From Bifidobacterium longum subsp. longum JCM 1217 (lineage in GTDB: Bacteria > Actinomycetota > Actinomycetes > Actinomycetales > Bifidobacteriaceae): DNA of 32,000 nucleotides. The translations under genes were made by a program, and so were the position numbers. Shown piece by piece: positions 1-8,469 of the stretch; positions within the stretch are counted from its first letter, which is position 1; each line of letters begins with the position of its first letter. The stretch lies in contig NC_015067.1 in the NCBI RefSeq assembly GCF_000196555.1, positions 630,001 through 662,000 on the forward strand, read 5' to 3'. The notes beneath the pieces were generated by a model, which ran no database searches, was not told the origin of the DNA, and was given only the letters and a program-made list of their open reading frames with translations.

Positions 1-1
1 G

Positions 2-220
2 GTCAACAAGGTCCAAGGCTGGGATCGTATTCCCGAAGGCCAGAACATCTATCTCGACCAAAACGGCAACCCGATGTCCACCGATGACTTCGACAAGGAA
101 ACCAAGCAGTTGCTTGCCGACTACAAGCTCATCCAATACGACATCACCGCCGGCAAAAACTACCTCAAAGACACAGATTTTATGACGCTGCCTACAGACA
201 GCCTAGTAGGCTGTCTGTAG
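2..220 (+). CDS. 3' end (73 codons) of a gene that starts upstream of the window; product not recognisable
   Basis: Open frame from the window edge (VNKVQGWDRIPEGQNIYLDQNGNPMSTDDFDKETKQLLADYKLIQYDITAGKNYLKDTDFMTLPTDSLVGCL*) with GC-rich third positions. It ends at TAG 218-220, inside a perfect hairpin. No family motif recognised. Confidence 0.45.
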   Translation, partial: VNKVQGWDRIPEGQNIYLDQNGNPMSTDDFDKETKQLLADYKLIQYDITAGKNYLKDTDFMTLPTDSLVGCL

Positions 221-224
221 GCAG
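188..224 (+). terminator. Perfect 16-bp stem / 5-nt loop hairpin overlapping the stop codon of the upstream gene
   Basis: CTGCCTACAGACAGCC-tagta-GGCTGTCTGTAGGCAG (188-203 pairs with 209-224). No T-run follows, so intrinsic terminator function is plausible but not certain. Confidence 0.5.
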
Positions 225-312
225 CGTGCGAGCCGACAGACGAGCCAGCAAGGCGCGGGGCGTAGCCCGTCCAAAATTGCAGTAGCGCTGCCGTAAAGCA
301 GGGGGTGCTTTC

Positions 313-1950
313 ATGACGAACCAGACTTTCGAACAACTGAAGAAGACTTACGAATCCGGTCGTACCCGGCCGCTGGCATGGCGCCGCGCGCAGCTGAACG
401 CACTACGCCGTCTGGTTACGGAGAACCGTGATGCCTTTGTCTCCTCGGCTATGGCTGACTTGGGCAAGCCCGCGGCTGAAACCGTGCTCATGGAACTGAA
501 CCTGGTGGCTGGTGAAGCACAGTTCGTGCGCAATCGTCTGAGCCTTTGGACCGCCCGGCATCCCAAAGCGATGCATTGGATGTTGCAGCCGGCTGCCGGA
601 TGGACGATTGCCGAGCCCAAAGGCGTGGTGCTCATCATTTCACCGTGGAATTATCCGGTGCTGCTGGCCTTGGAACCAATGGCTGATGCGCTCGCTGCCG
701 GTAACGCCGTCTGCTTGAAACCGTCCGAGCTTTCACCGAATACGTCCAAGCTCCTTGCTGAGTTGGTGCCGCAATACCTTGACTCCGAGGCCGTGCGCGT
801 GGTCGAAGGCGGGCCCAAGGAAACCGGCGAACTGCTGAAATGCCCGTTCAACCACATCTTCTATACCGGTGGCGGCCACGTCGGCAAAATCGTCATGCGC
901 GCGGCGGCCGAGCATCTGACGCCGGTCACGCTGGAACTCGGCGGCAAGTCGCCATGCTTTGTGGATCGCACTGCGGACATCAATGTGGCTGCACGCCGCA
1001 TTGCGTGGGGCAAATTCACCAATGCCGGGCAGACTTGCGTGGCACCCGACTATGTGCTCGCCACGCCGGATGTGGCCGAGGCTCTGGCCGAGCGCATCGC
1101 CGTAGCCATCACCGAATTCTATGGCGAAGATCCGAAGGCCTCGCCTGATTTTGGTCGTATTATCAACGATCGTCATTTTGAACGACTGTGCAAGCTATTG
1201 CCGGTCGGCACCGTGCCGCCTGAGGAGCCGAGCTCGCCGCTGGTGCAGGTGGCATCGGCGGTAGGCGCGGCCATGGATATGGTTGGGCGGCGCTTCAATG
1301 CCGTGACTACTGGGCGCGGTGGCGCGGGGGAGATGGCCGGCAGCGCGAACAATGCGGCGAAGCCGACGGCCGGTTCGAATATGGCAGCCGCTGATGATGG
1401 TGCGACTGCCTCGGCCGCTGTTGAGCCGAGCGAGATTCACAAGGTGCCCGGCGTGTTCGACCTGGCCGGTCGAATCGTTTGCGGCGGCAAGGTCGATCGT
1501 GCCGCCCGGTATATCGCGCCTACCGTGCTGTACGGTACGTCGCCAGATGCGCCAGTAATGAAGGAGGAGATTTTCGGGCCGATTCTGCCGATTCTGGTGG
1601 TCGAGGATGCCGAGTCCGCAATCCGATTCATCAACAAGCGGTCCCGGCCGTTGGCTGCATATGTGTTCTCGCGCGATCACGAGGTTCGGCTGACTTTCGA
1701 ACGTCAGACCAGCTCCGGAGCCTTGGGATATTCGCTGCCGTTGGGCCATCTGCTGTCCAGCCGGTTGCCGTTCGGTGGCGTGGGCGCGTCCGGCATCGGC
1801 ACCTACCACGGCAAAGCAGGCTTCCTCACCTTCAGCCACGTCAAAACCGTGGTTACCAAGCCGCAGTTCCCCGACACTCTGCGCCTCGTGTACCCGCCCT
1901 TCAATGAAGCCAAGGCCAAACTGTTCGACATCATCGCCAAATTCAGCTAG
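313..1950 (+). CDS. NAD(P)+-dependent aldehyde dehydrogenase, class-3 / fatty-aldehyde dehydrogenase-like, with a ~90-aa internal insertion
   Basis: 545-aa ORF with ALDH motifs: PWNYP, general-base Glu in ELGGKSP, nucleophile Cys in GQTCVAPDY, EEIFGPILP, PFGGVGASGIG. The alignment recalled from human ALDH3A2 is colinear except for aa ~297-386. GGGGG-type RBS about 7 nt upstream of the ATG. Confidence 0.9.
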   Translation: MTNQTFEQLKKTYESGRTRPLAWRRAQLNALRRLVTENRDAFVSSAMADLGKPAAETVLMELNLVAGEAQFVRNRLSLWTARHPKAMHWMLQPAAGWTIAEPKGVVLIISPWNYPVLLALEPMADALAAGNAVCLKPSELSPNTSKLLAELVPQYLDSEAVRVVEGGPKETGELLKCPFNHIFYTGGGHVGKIVMRAAAEHLTPVTLELGGKSPCFVDRTADINVAARRIAWGKFTNAGQTCVAPDYVLATPDVAEALAERIAVAITEFYGEDPKASPDFGRIINDRHFERLCKLLPVGTVPPEEPSSPLVQVASAVGAAMDMVGRRFNAVTTGRGGAGEMAGSANNAAKPTAGSNMAAADDGATASAAVEPSEIHKVPGVFDLAGRIVCGGKVDRAARYIAPTVLYGTSPDAPVMKEEIFGPILPILVVEDAESAIRFINKRSRPLAAYVFSRDHEVRLTFERQTSSGALGYSLPLGHLLSSRLPFGGVGASGIGTYHGKAGFLTFSHVKTVVTKPQFPDTLRLVYPPFNEAKAKLFDIIAKFS

Positions 1951-2002
1951 CGTGATATCGCTCGCTGATATTGGGTGATGGCGTTGTCATAGTGACGTTC
2001 GC

Positions 2003-2283
2003 TGTCCCGGTAATTACGTCAATCGATTGATTCGTGTACCGGGCCAGATTTTTCTGTCCTAGTATTTGATTTCGGGTCATTTTTGCTTACCGGGACAAAA
2101 CTGACGCCGGAAGTATCGTCCGCGTATTACGAAAATGGCGGAATAGTGCGGTTTCGTATGGAAGGGAATTTCAAATATTCCTATATTCGAGGGGTTCAGC
2201 TGTCCTGGTTTGCGAAAAAGAGCCGAAATCGGCTACCGGGACAGAAAAATCTGGCCCGGTAGCCACGTCAATCGATTGACATG
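2003..2283. repeat. Nested inverted-repeat, MITE-like, AT-richer element in the convergent ALDH/purD intergenic region
   Basis: Perfect 23-bp inverted repeat TACCGGGCCAGATTTTTCTGTCC (2037-2059) / GGACAGAAAAATCTGGCCCGGTA (2239-2261). Both arms are flanked by ACGTCAATCGATTGA (2016-2030 and 2265-2279, which contains the palindrome TCAATCGATTGA). A second pair is TGTCCCGGTAA (2003-2013) / TTACCGGGACA (2087-2097). The motif GTCC(C/T)GGT / ACCGGGAC recurs about 7 times. Confidence 0.55.
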
Positions 2284-2323
2284 TCTGCCAGGCCAAAAAT
2301 ATGCAGCAGATGCGCCGCTTCTG

Positions 2324-3592
2324 TTACTTCAGGGCTTTGAAGCCGATGTCGTGGCGGTAAAACAGTCCGCGCAGCTCGAGCTTGTCGATGATTGCGTAGA
2401 CCTTGTCCTGGGCGGACTTGATGTCCGGAGCGGAGGTTTCGACGAGCAGCACGCGGCCAGAGTTGGCCACAAGGTTACCGTGCTCGTCAGAGGCGACGCC
2501 GGCGTAGTAGACGTGCGAATCCTCGTCGACTTCGATTTCGGGCACACGGGCACCCTTGATGACGTTCTCCGGGTAGCCGTTGGAGGCGATGACCACGCCG
2601 AGGGTGGCGTTGGACTCATCCCAGGTGAATTCGGGGGTTTCGCCGTCGAGAATGGCGGAGATGCCGGCACCGAGGTCGGAGGTGAGCTTCGGGAGCACGA
2701 CTTCGGTTTCCGGGTCGCCGAAGCGGGCGTTGAATTCGATGACCTTCGGGCCGTCGGCGGTGGCGATCAGACCGGCGTACAGGATACCGGTGAATGGCGT
2801 ACCTTCCTCGGCCATGCCTTCGACGGTGGGGCGCACGATTTTCTCGATGGCCTCGTCGACCACGGACTGCGGAATCTGCGGCACCGGGCTGTAGGCACCC
2901 ATGCCACCGGTGTTCGGACCCTCGTCGCCATCGTGGGCGCGCTTGTGATCCTGGGAGATGGGCATCGGCCAGAAATCGGTGCCGTTGACAAAGCTCATCA
3001 GGGAGAATTCCTGGCCGTCCAGGAAGTCCTCGATAACGACCTTGGCACCGGCGGAGCCGAAGCGATGGTCGATGAAGATGTCTTCGAGTGCGCGCTGGGC
3101 GGTGTGCTCGTCCATGGCCACGGTCACGCCCTTGCCTGCCGCCAGACCGTCGGCCTTGATGACAATCGGGGCACCGTGCTCGTGTACGTAGTCCTGCGCC
3201 ATCTCGAGATCGCTGAAGGTCTTGTATTGGGCGGTCGGGATGTTGTGTCGGTCCATGAGCTGCTTGGCGAAGTCCTTGGAGCCTTCAATCTGGGCGGCGG
3301 CCTTGGACGGGCCGAACGCCTTGATGCCGGCGGCGGCGAAATCGTCCACGATGCCTTCGATCAGCGGGACTTCCGGGCCTACGAACACCCAGTCATAACC
3401 ATTGTTCTTCACGAATTCGATAAGTGCGGCGTGATTCGACTGGCTCAGCTGCGTGGTGTGGATGCCGTCCTTGAGCATGCCCGGGTTGCCGGGAGCCACG
3501 GTGACTTCGTCGATGCTCGGTGCCTTGAGCAGCGTGTAGGCAATGGTGTGCTCGCGCGCGCCGGAGCCGATAACCAATACTTTCTGACCCAT
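2324..3592 (-). CDS. purD: Phosphoribosylamine--glycine ligase (GAR synthetase)
   Basis: 422-aa ORF starting MGQKVLVIGSGAREH, ATP-grasp PurD architecture throughout. AGGAAAGGA RBS upstream of the ATG at 3592. Lies 26 nt downstream of purM. Confidence 0.95.
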   Translation of the reverse strand: MGQKVLVIGSGAREHTIAYTLLKAPSIDEVTVAPGNPGMLKDGIHTTQLSQSNHAALIEFVKNNGYDWVFVGPEVPLIEGIVDDFAAAGIKAFGPSKAAAQIEGSKDFAKQLMDRHNIPTAQYKTFSDLEMAQDYVHEHGAPIVIKADGLAAGKGVTVAMDEHTAQRALEDIFIDHRFGSAGAKVVIEDFLDGQEFSLMSFVNGTDFWPMPISQDHKRAHDGDEGPNTGGMGAYSPVPQIPQSVVDEAIEKIVRPTVEGMAEEGTPFTGILYAGLIATADGPKVIEFNARFGDPETEVVLPKLTSDLGAGISAILDGETPEFTWDESNATLGVVIASNGYPENVIKGARVPEIEVDEDSHVYYAGVASDEHGNLVANSGRVLLVETSAPDIKSAQDKVYAIIDKLELRGLFYRHDIGFKALK

Positions 3593-3618
3593 GTTGTTCC
3601 TTTCCTGCGGAAAGCGAG

Positions 3619-4656
3619 TTACTTCAGTACGATTTGCGTGCCGGTGGTGTCGGCGGTGATGGAGCCGAGCACGTAGGCGGGCTCGTTGTTGTCGGCGAGC
3701 AGCTTCAGCGCCTCGTCCTTGCGAGCGGGGTCGATGGCCAGCACCATGCCGATGCCCATGTTGAAGATGTTGTACATCTCCTTATGATCGATGTTGCCGG
3801 CCTTCTCCAGCACGTCGAAGATCGGGAGCACGGGCCAGGTGCCGAGCTCGATTTCGGCGGCCAAGCCGTCCGGAATCATGCGCGGGATGTTCTCGATGAA
3901 GCCGCCGCCGGTGATGTGGGCCACGCCCTTGACCACGCCCGCCTTGAACAGGGGAGAGAGGGCCTTGACGTAGATCTTGGTGGGGGTGAGCAGCACGTCG
4001 CCGAGCTTTTCGCCGCCCAGCTCGTCGAGTTCGGTGTCCACGGTGTAGCCGGCCTGCTCGAACAGGGCCTTGCGCACCAGGGAGAAGCCATTGGAGTGTA
4101 CGCCGGTGGAGGGCAGGCCGATGAGCACGTCGCCTTCAGCGATGGTGGAACCGTCCACGATGGCGGACTTTTCGGCAACGCCGACCGAGAATCCGGCGAG
4201 ATCGTATTCGTCTTCGTCGTACATGCCCGGCATTTCGGCGGTTTCGCCGCCGACCAGCGCGGAACCGGCCTGTACACAGCCGTCGGCCACACCGGCCACG
4301 ACCTGCTCAAGCAGTGCCGGGTCGTTCTTGCCGCAGGCGATGTAGTCAAGGAAGAACAACGGCTCGGCGCCCTGGGCGGCGATGTCGTTGACGCACATGG
4401 CCACGCAGTCGATGCCGATGGTGTCGTGCTTGTTGGCCAGCTTGGCGACCATGAGCTTGGTGCCCACGCCGTCGGTGCCGGAGATGAGAACCGGCTCCTT
4501 GTAGCCCAAGGAGGCCAGATCGAACAGGCCGCCGAAGCCGCCGATGCCGCCGACCACGCCGGGGCGGTTCGTGCGGGCCACGTGCGACTTGATGCGCTTG
4601 ACGACTTCGTACCCGGCTTCGACGCTCACGCCGGCGTTCTCATATGCTTTTGGCAT
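3619..4656 (-). CDS. purM: Phosphoribosylformylglycinamidine cyclo-ligase (AIR synthetase)
   Basis: PurM-like sequence ([19 protein letters not shown]..., [15 protein letters not shown]). Start chosen at ATG 4656, which has a GAAAGG RBS. The longer track ORF (to 4710) would read through the intergenic hairpin repeat. Confidence 0.93.
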   Translation of the reverse strand: MPKAYENAGVSVEAGYEVVKRIKSHVARTNRPGVVGGIGGFGGLFDLASLGYKEPVLISGTDGVGTKLMVAKLANKHDTIGIDCVAMCVNDIAAQGAEPLFFLDYIACGKNDPALLEQVVAGVADGCVQAGSALVGGETAEMPGMYDEDEYDLAGFSVGVAEKSAIVDGSTIAEGDVLIGLPSTGVHSNGFSLVRKALFEQAGYTVDTELDELGGEKLGDVLLTPTKIYVKALSPLFKAGVVKGVAHITGGGFIENIPRMIPDGLAAEIELGTWPVLPIFDVLEKAGNIDHKEMYNIFNMGIGMVLAIDPARKDEALKLLADNNEPAYVLGSITADTTGTQIVLK

Positions 4657-4680
4657 TTGGTTGGCCTTTCTACTTATTTT

Positions 4681-4727
4681 GGCTCCCCTCTGGAGGGGAG
4701 CTGTCGGCAAAGCCGACTGAGGGGAGG
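4681..4727. repeat. Composite GC-rich hairpin repeat element (copy a) in the purF-purM intercistronic spacer
   Basis: GCTCCCCT-ctgg-AGGGGAGC (4682-4701), then GTCGGC-aaa-GCCGAC (4703-4717), then GAGGGGAG (4720-4727), which can pair alternatively with CTCCCCTC (4683-4690). Related copies at 21404-21443, 25989-26012 and 29867-29966. Confidence 0.75.
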
Positions 4728-4775
4728 CAAGCGCCTCTGGTTCAAAGAATTGTTATTGAGCGGATTGGTGGTGAG

Positions 4776-6287
4776 CTATTCGGCGTCCGGCTGCACGGTG
4801 TTGTACTCGTTGCCGATGTACTTGCTCTTGTACAGCGCGAATTCAGGCAGACGCACACGGTCCTCGGGCGTGAGGGACTTCAGGAAGTCGGCCTCGTAGT
4901 CGTCGAGCGCAGTGGGGTAGTCGCCGTTGAAGTAGGCGACGCACAGGCCACCGTATGGGGCGTCGGCGTTCAGTCCGATGGATTCGACCAGACCGTCGAG
5001 CGAAAGGTAGGCCAAGGAATCCGCGCCGATGTATTCACGGATTTCCTCCACGCTCATCTTGGCTGCGATGAGTTCCTTGGTGGTGGAGATATCGATGCCA
5101 TAGAAGCAGGGGTACTTCAGCGGCGGGGAGCTGATGCGCATATGCACTTCAGCGGCGCCGGCTTCCTTGAGCAGCTGCACGATGCGCTTGGACGTGGTGC
5201 CGCGCACGATGGAATCATCGATGACGATAACGCGCTTGCCTTTAACCACGCTGCGCACAGCAGAGAGCTTCATACGCACACCCTGCTCGCGCAGTTCTTG
5301 CGTGGGCTGAATGAAGGTGCGGGCCACATACTGGTTTTTGATTAGACCCATTTCGTTGGGCAGGCCTGCTGCTTCCGCATAGCCGGATGCGGCGGACAAT
5401 GAGGAGTTCGGCACGCCGATAACCATATCGGCCTCCACCGGGGATTCGGCGGCGAGACGTGCGCCCATGCGCTTGCGGGCGGAGTGCACGTTGACGCCAT
5501 AGATATCGGAATCCGGGCGGGCGAAGTAGATGTACTCCATCGAGCAGATGGCCAGCTGCGTGTTGTTGGTGTACTGCACGATCTTGTAGCCGTGATCGTT
5601 GACCACCACGATTTCACCCGGGCGAATGTTGCGCACCAGCTCGGCGCCGACGACATCCAGTGCGCAGGTTTCGGAGGCGAGCACGTAGGCGCCGTTCTTC
5701 ATCTTGCCGAGGGAGAGCGGGCGGAAGCCGTTCGGGTCGAGTGCGCCGATCATGGCGTCTTCGGTCATCAGCAGGTAGGCGAAACCGCCATGCACCGTGT
5801 TGAGCGCTTCCTTGAGCTTGTCCATAAAGGTGCGCTGCATCGAACGGCGAATCAAGTGCATCAGCACTTCGGTGTCGGAGTTCGAATGGAAGATGGCGCC
5901 TTCGTCTTCAAGCTTGCGGCGCAGTGACGGGCAGTTCGTCAGGTTGCCGTTATGGCACAGAGCCACGTCGCCGTCATGGAAGCGGAAGATGAACGGCTGG
6001 ATGTTGTCTGTGGTGCCCGAGCCGGCCGTTGCGTAACGCACGTGGCCGATGGCGCAATTGCCCTTCAGTCGTTCGATTTCGCGCTCATCGCCGAACACCT
6101 GGGTGAGCAGGCCGAGTCCGCGATGACCGATGAGATGACCGTTATCGTTGGAGACGATGCCGGCACCTTCCTGACCGCGATGCTGCAGCGCGTGCAGGCC
6201 AAAATAGGTGAGTCGTGAGGCGTCGGGGTGGCCCCATACGCCGAAGATGCCACATTCCTCGTGAATGTCTTCGAGTTCAGCCGACAA
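4776..6287 (-). CDS. purF: Amidophosphoribosyltransferase (glutamine PRPP amidotransferase)
   Basis: 503-aa ORF. Ntn-type N-terminus with a short propeptide before the catalytic Cys ([10 protein letters not shown]), plus a PRTase motif ([13 protein letters not shown]). TTG start at 6287 with AAGGAG 8 nt upstream. Confidence 0.95.
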   Translation of the reverse strand: MSAELEDIHEECGIFGVWGHPDASRLTYFGLHALQHRGQEGAGIVSNDNGHLIGHRGLGLLTQVFGDEREIERLKGNCAIGHVRYATAGSGTTDNIQPFIFRFHDGDVALCHNGNLTNCPSLRRKLEDEGAIFHSNSDTEVLMHLIRRSMQRTFMDKLKEALNTVHGGFAYLLMTEDAMIGALDPNGFRPLSLGKMKNGAYVLASETCALDVVGAELVRNIRPGEIVVVNDHGYKIVQYTNNTQLAICSMEYIYFARPDSDIYGVNVHSARKRMGARLAAESPVEADMVIGVPNSSLSAASGYAEAAGLPNEMGLIKNQYVARTFIQPTQELREQGVRMKLSAVRSVVKGKRVIVIDDSIVRGTTSKRIVQLLKEAGAAEVHMRISSPPLKYPCFYGIDISTTKELIAAKMSVEEIREYIGADSLAYLSLDGLVESIGLNADAPYGGLCVAYFNGDYPTALDDYEADFLKSLTPEDRVRLPEFALYKSKYIGNEYNTVQPDAE

Positions 6288-6619
6288 GCCAAAGCTCCTT
6301 TTTCAAACAGGGGATTAACTATCTATCAACCCTACCAATCGGCGGCTACATCGCGTGTTGTGGGGTGGTGGAACTTGTTGGGGTTTGCGGACGCGGTTTA
6401 AGCACCAGATCAGTCAAGTATGAATAGTGGCTTAGGATTTTGGCCTTTCGCTGTTTGTGGTGGGTGGTTGTGGTGTGGGGTGATGCCGACGGGTAGGTTG
6501 GAAGCATGGATACCTCTTACCTGTTCACCGCCGCATTACCTGGTGCTCCACTTTGTGCTCAAGCGTGATACCGAATTGTCGGTGTGACGTGATCGGTTGA
6601 CTTTCGTCAACGCAATTTG

Positions 6620-6653
6620 AAAGGCTCCGACGGTATTATCCGTCGGAGCCTTT
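6620..6653 (-). terminator. Strong hairpin terminator downstream of the ABC transporter operon (potentially bidirectional)
   Basis: AAAGGCTCCGACGG-tattat-CCGTCGGAGCCTTT: 14-bp stem with A/T runs on both flanks, 38 nt below the stop (6691) of the ABC ATPase gene. Confidence 0.8.
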
Positions 6654-6690
6654 CGTCGTATGAATCCGGTGCTTGTTTTTCGGCTTCGTC

Positions 6691-7476
6691 TCAGTGCCTG
6701 AAATGGCTGAAGAACTCGATGGTCTCGGGATCCTGCGACTCGTCCATCACCTCAGCGGGTGTGCCGTTCTCGGCGATGACGCCGTGACGGAGCAGTACGA
6801 TGCGGTCGGCCGCTTCGTGGGCGAAGCTCATTTCGTGCGTGGCCATGAGGATTGTGGTGCCTTGGGCCTTTAACTCGGCAACCATGTTGAGCACTTCGCC
6901 GACCAGCATCGGATCAAGAGCGGATGTGATCTCGTCAAGCAGCAGCAGTTCCGGGTCGGTCATCAGTGCGCGCGCAATCGCCACGCGCTGCTGCTGGCCG
7001 CCAGAGAGCTGATCGGGGTAGGCACTGGCTTTATCGCGCATGCCGATGCGTTCAAGCAGTTCCATAGCGCGGGTTTCGGCGCGATCCTTGCTCCAGTGGT
7101 GAACCTTGATTGCGGCAAGGGTCACGTTCCTGAGCACCGACATGTGGGGGAAGAGGTTGAACTGCTGGAACACCACGCCGATACGTGCGCGAATCTTGTC
7201 CTGGTCGGCACGCGGGTCGGTGATATCGGTATTGCCCAGCCAAATCTGGCCGTCATCGACCTGTTCAAGCAGGTTGACGCATTTCATCAATGTGGATTTG
7301 CCTGAACCGGAAGGCCCCAGCAAAGCCACCACCTCATGTTGGTGAATGTCAAAGGAAATGCCACGCAGCACCTGCGTGTTTCCAAAGGATTTGCGCACGT
7401 CATCAAGACGCAGCACCGTCTTGTTGCTCACGGGGGAGTCACTCGCCTCGGTGGTGATATTGGTCATTTCGCTCAT
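6691..7476 (-). CDS. Polar amino-acid ABC transporter, ATP-binding protein (GlnQ/HisP-like)
   Basis: Walker A GPSGSGKST, ABC signature LSGGQQQRVAIARAL, Walker B LLLLDEITSALD, H-loop ATHEM. Its ATG overlaps the permease stop (ATGA at 7473-7476). Confidence 0.92.
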   Translation of the reverse strand: MSEMTNITTEASDSPVSNKTVLRLDDVRKSFGNTQVLRGISFDIHQHEVVALLGPSGSGKSTLMKCVNLLEQVDDGQIWLGNTDITDPRADQDKIRARIGVVFQQFNLFPHMSVLRNVTLAAIKVHHWSKDRAETRAMELLERIGMRDKASAYPDQLSGGQQQRVAIARALMTDPELLLLDEITSALDPMLVGEVLNMVAELKAQGTTILMATHEMSFAHEAADRIVLLRHGVIAENGTPAEVMDESQDPETIEFFSHFRH

Positions 7477-8435
7477 ACCGTTCCTCCGCTGAGTTCGCGC
7501 TTACGCAGACGTTCCGTGTACCAGTCGTTCAGCAGGATGAACGGCACGCTCATCAGGATGAACAGCAGGCTGGCGACCACATACGGCGTGAAGTTGTAGG
7601 TGCTGGCCACGTCGATCTGTGCGGCGCGCACGGCATCCACCGCACCCAGCACGGAAATCAGGCCGACGTCCTTTTGCATGGAGATGAAGTCATTCATCAG
7701 TGCGGGCGCCACTTTGCGCAATGCCTGAGGAATGACGATCAGTCGGGTCGTCTGGCCGGAGGTCAGGCCCAACGAGCGGGCCGAGGCTCGCTGAGAAGGA
7801 TGTACGTCGTTAAAACCGGCACGCAGCACCTCGGAGACGTAGGCGCTGTATCCCATTACCACTGCAATGGTGCCGAGTACCGAGGGATCGATACGGCCGA
7901 ACAAGCCTAGGCCGGGAATGCCGAAACCGATTAGATACAGCACGACGATAATAGGCACGCCGCGCATCACAGTCGTGTAGATCAATGCCAGGATACGCAG
8001 CGGGAACAGAATAGGGGAGCGGCTGGTGCGTACCAGCGCGATCAGCGTGCTCAGAATCGCCACGCCGACCACTGCGACGAGCAGAACGCGGATGTTGAGC
8101 CATAGGCCGTCAAGCACATGGGGAAACGATTTGACGAAGTATTCGCCGGAGAAGAAGGTCTCCTTGACTCGTGGCCAGCCGGGGGAGAGCTTCAAGCCGA
8201 TGACGATGACCACCACGAACACAATGGTGCTGATCAGACTGGTAATCGTCGATTGAATTTGCTGATGAACACGATATTGGCGTCGTTCGAGCTCGACCTG
8301 ACTTACCTCGTGTCCGTCAGGGGCATTGTGCTGCCTGGTTTCGGTTGGTGCTGCGGTCATGTGATGAATGTCGCTCGCTTCCTGAATGCCGGGATGGCCG
8401 GGTGCCACAGGAAAATTCCCGCAGCGCCCGGCCAA
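7473..8435 (-). CDS. Polar amino-acid ABC transporter permease (HisM/GlnP family)
   Basis: Multi-TM protein with an EAA-loop-like SQRASARSLGLTSGQTTRLIVIPQALRKV. The start is uncertain: the track start at 8435 is TTG, and the in-frame ATG at 8360 (MTAAPTE) is an alternative. Confidence 0.85.
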   Translation of the reverse strand: MAGRCGNFPVAPGHPGIQEASDIHHMTAAPTETRQHNAPDGHEVSQVELERRQYRVHQQIQSTITSLISTIVFVVVIVIGLKLSPGWPRVKETFFSGEYFVKSFPHVLDGLWLNIRVLLVAVVGVAILSTLIALVRTSRSPILFPLRILALIYTTVMRGVPIIVVLYLIGFGIPGLGLFGRIDPSVLGTIAVVMGYSAYVSEVLRAGFNDVHPSQRASARSLGLTSGQTTRLIVIPQALRKVAPALMNDFISMQKDVGLISVLGAVDAVRAAQIDVASTYNFTPYVVASLLFILMSVPFILLNDWYTERLRKRELSGGTV

Positions 8436-8469
8436 GGTGTTGTGACCTTATGATGTAAGCCTACTTCAC

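Noticed and set aside
2210-4899. 488-aa (2210-3676) and 421-aa (3634-4899) plus-strand ORFs
   Set aside because: They are antisense shadow ORFs of purD and purM with low-complexity translations and no RBS or motif support. The 2210 ORF also starts inside the inverted-repeat element.
8160-8195. GGGGGAGAGCTTCAAGCCGATGACGATGAC inside the ABC permease gene, which resembles the hairpin repeat core
   Set aside because: It lacks the palindromic stems that define the family (no CTCCCCTC partner, no GTCGGC/GCCGAC pair). It encodes an ordinary permease segment, so it is probably chance similarity in GC-rich DNA.
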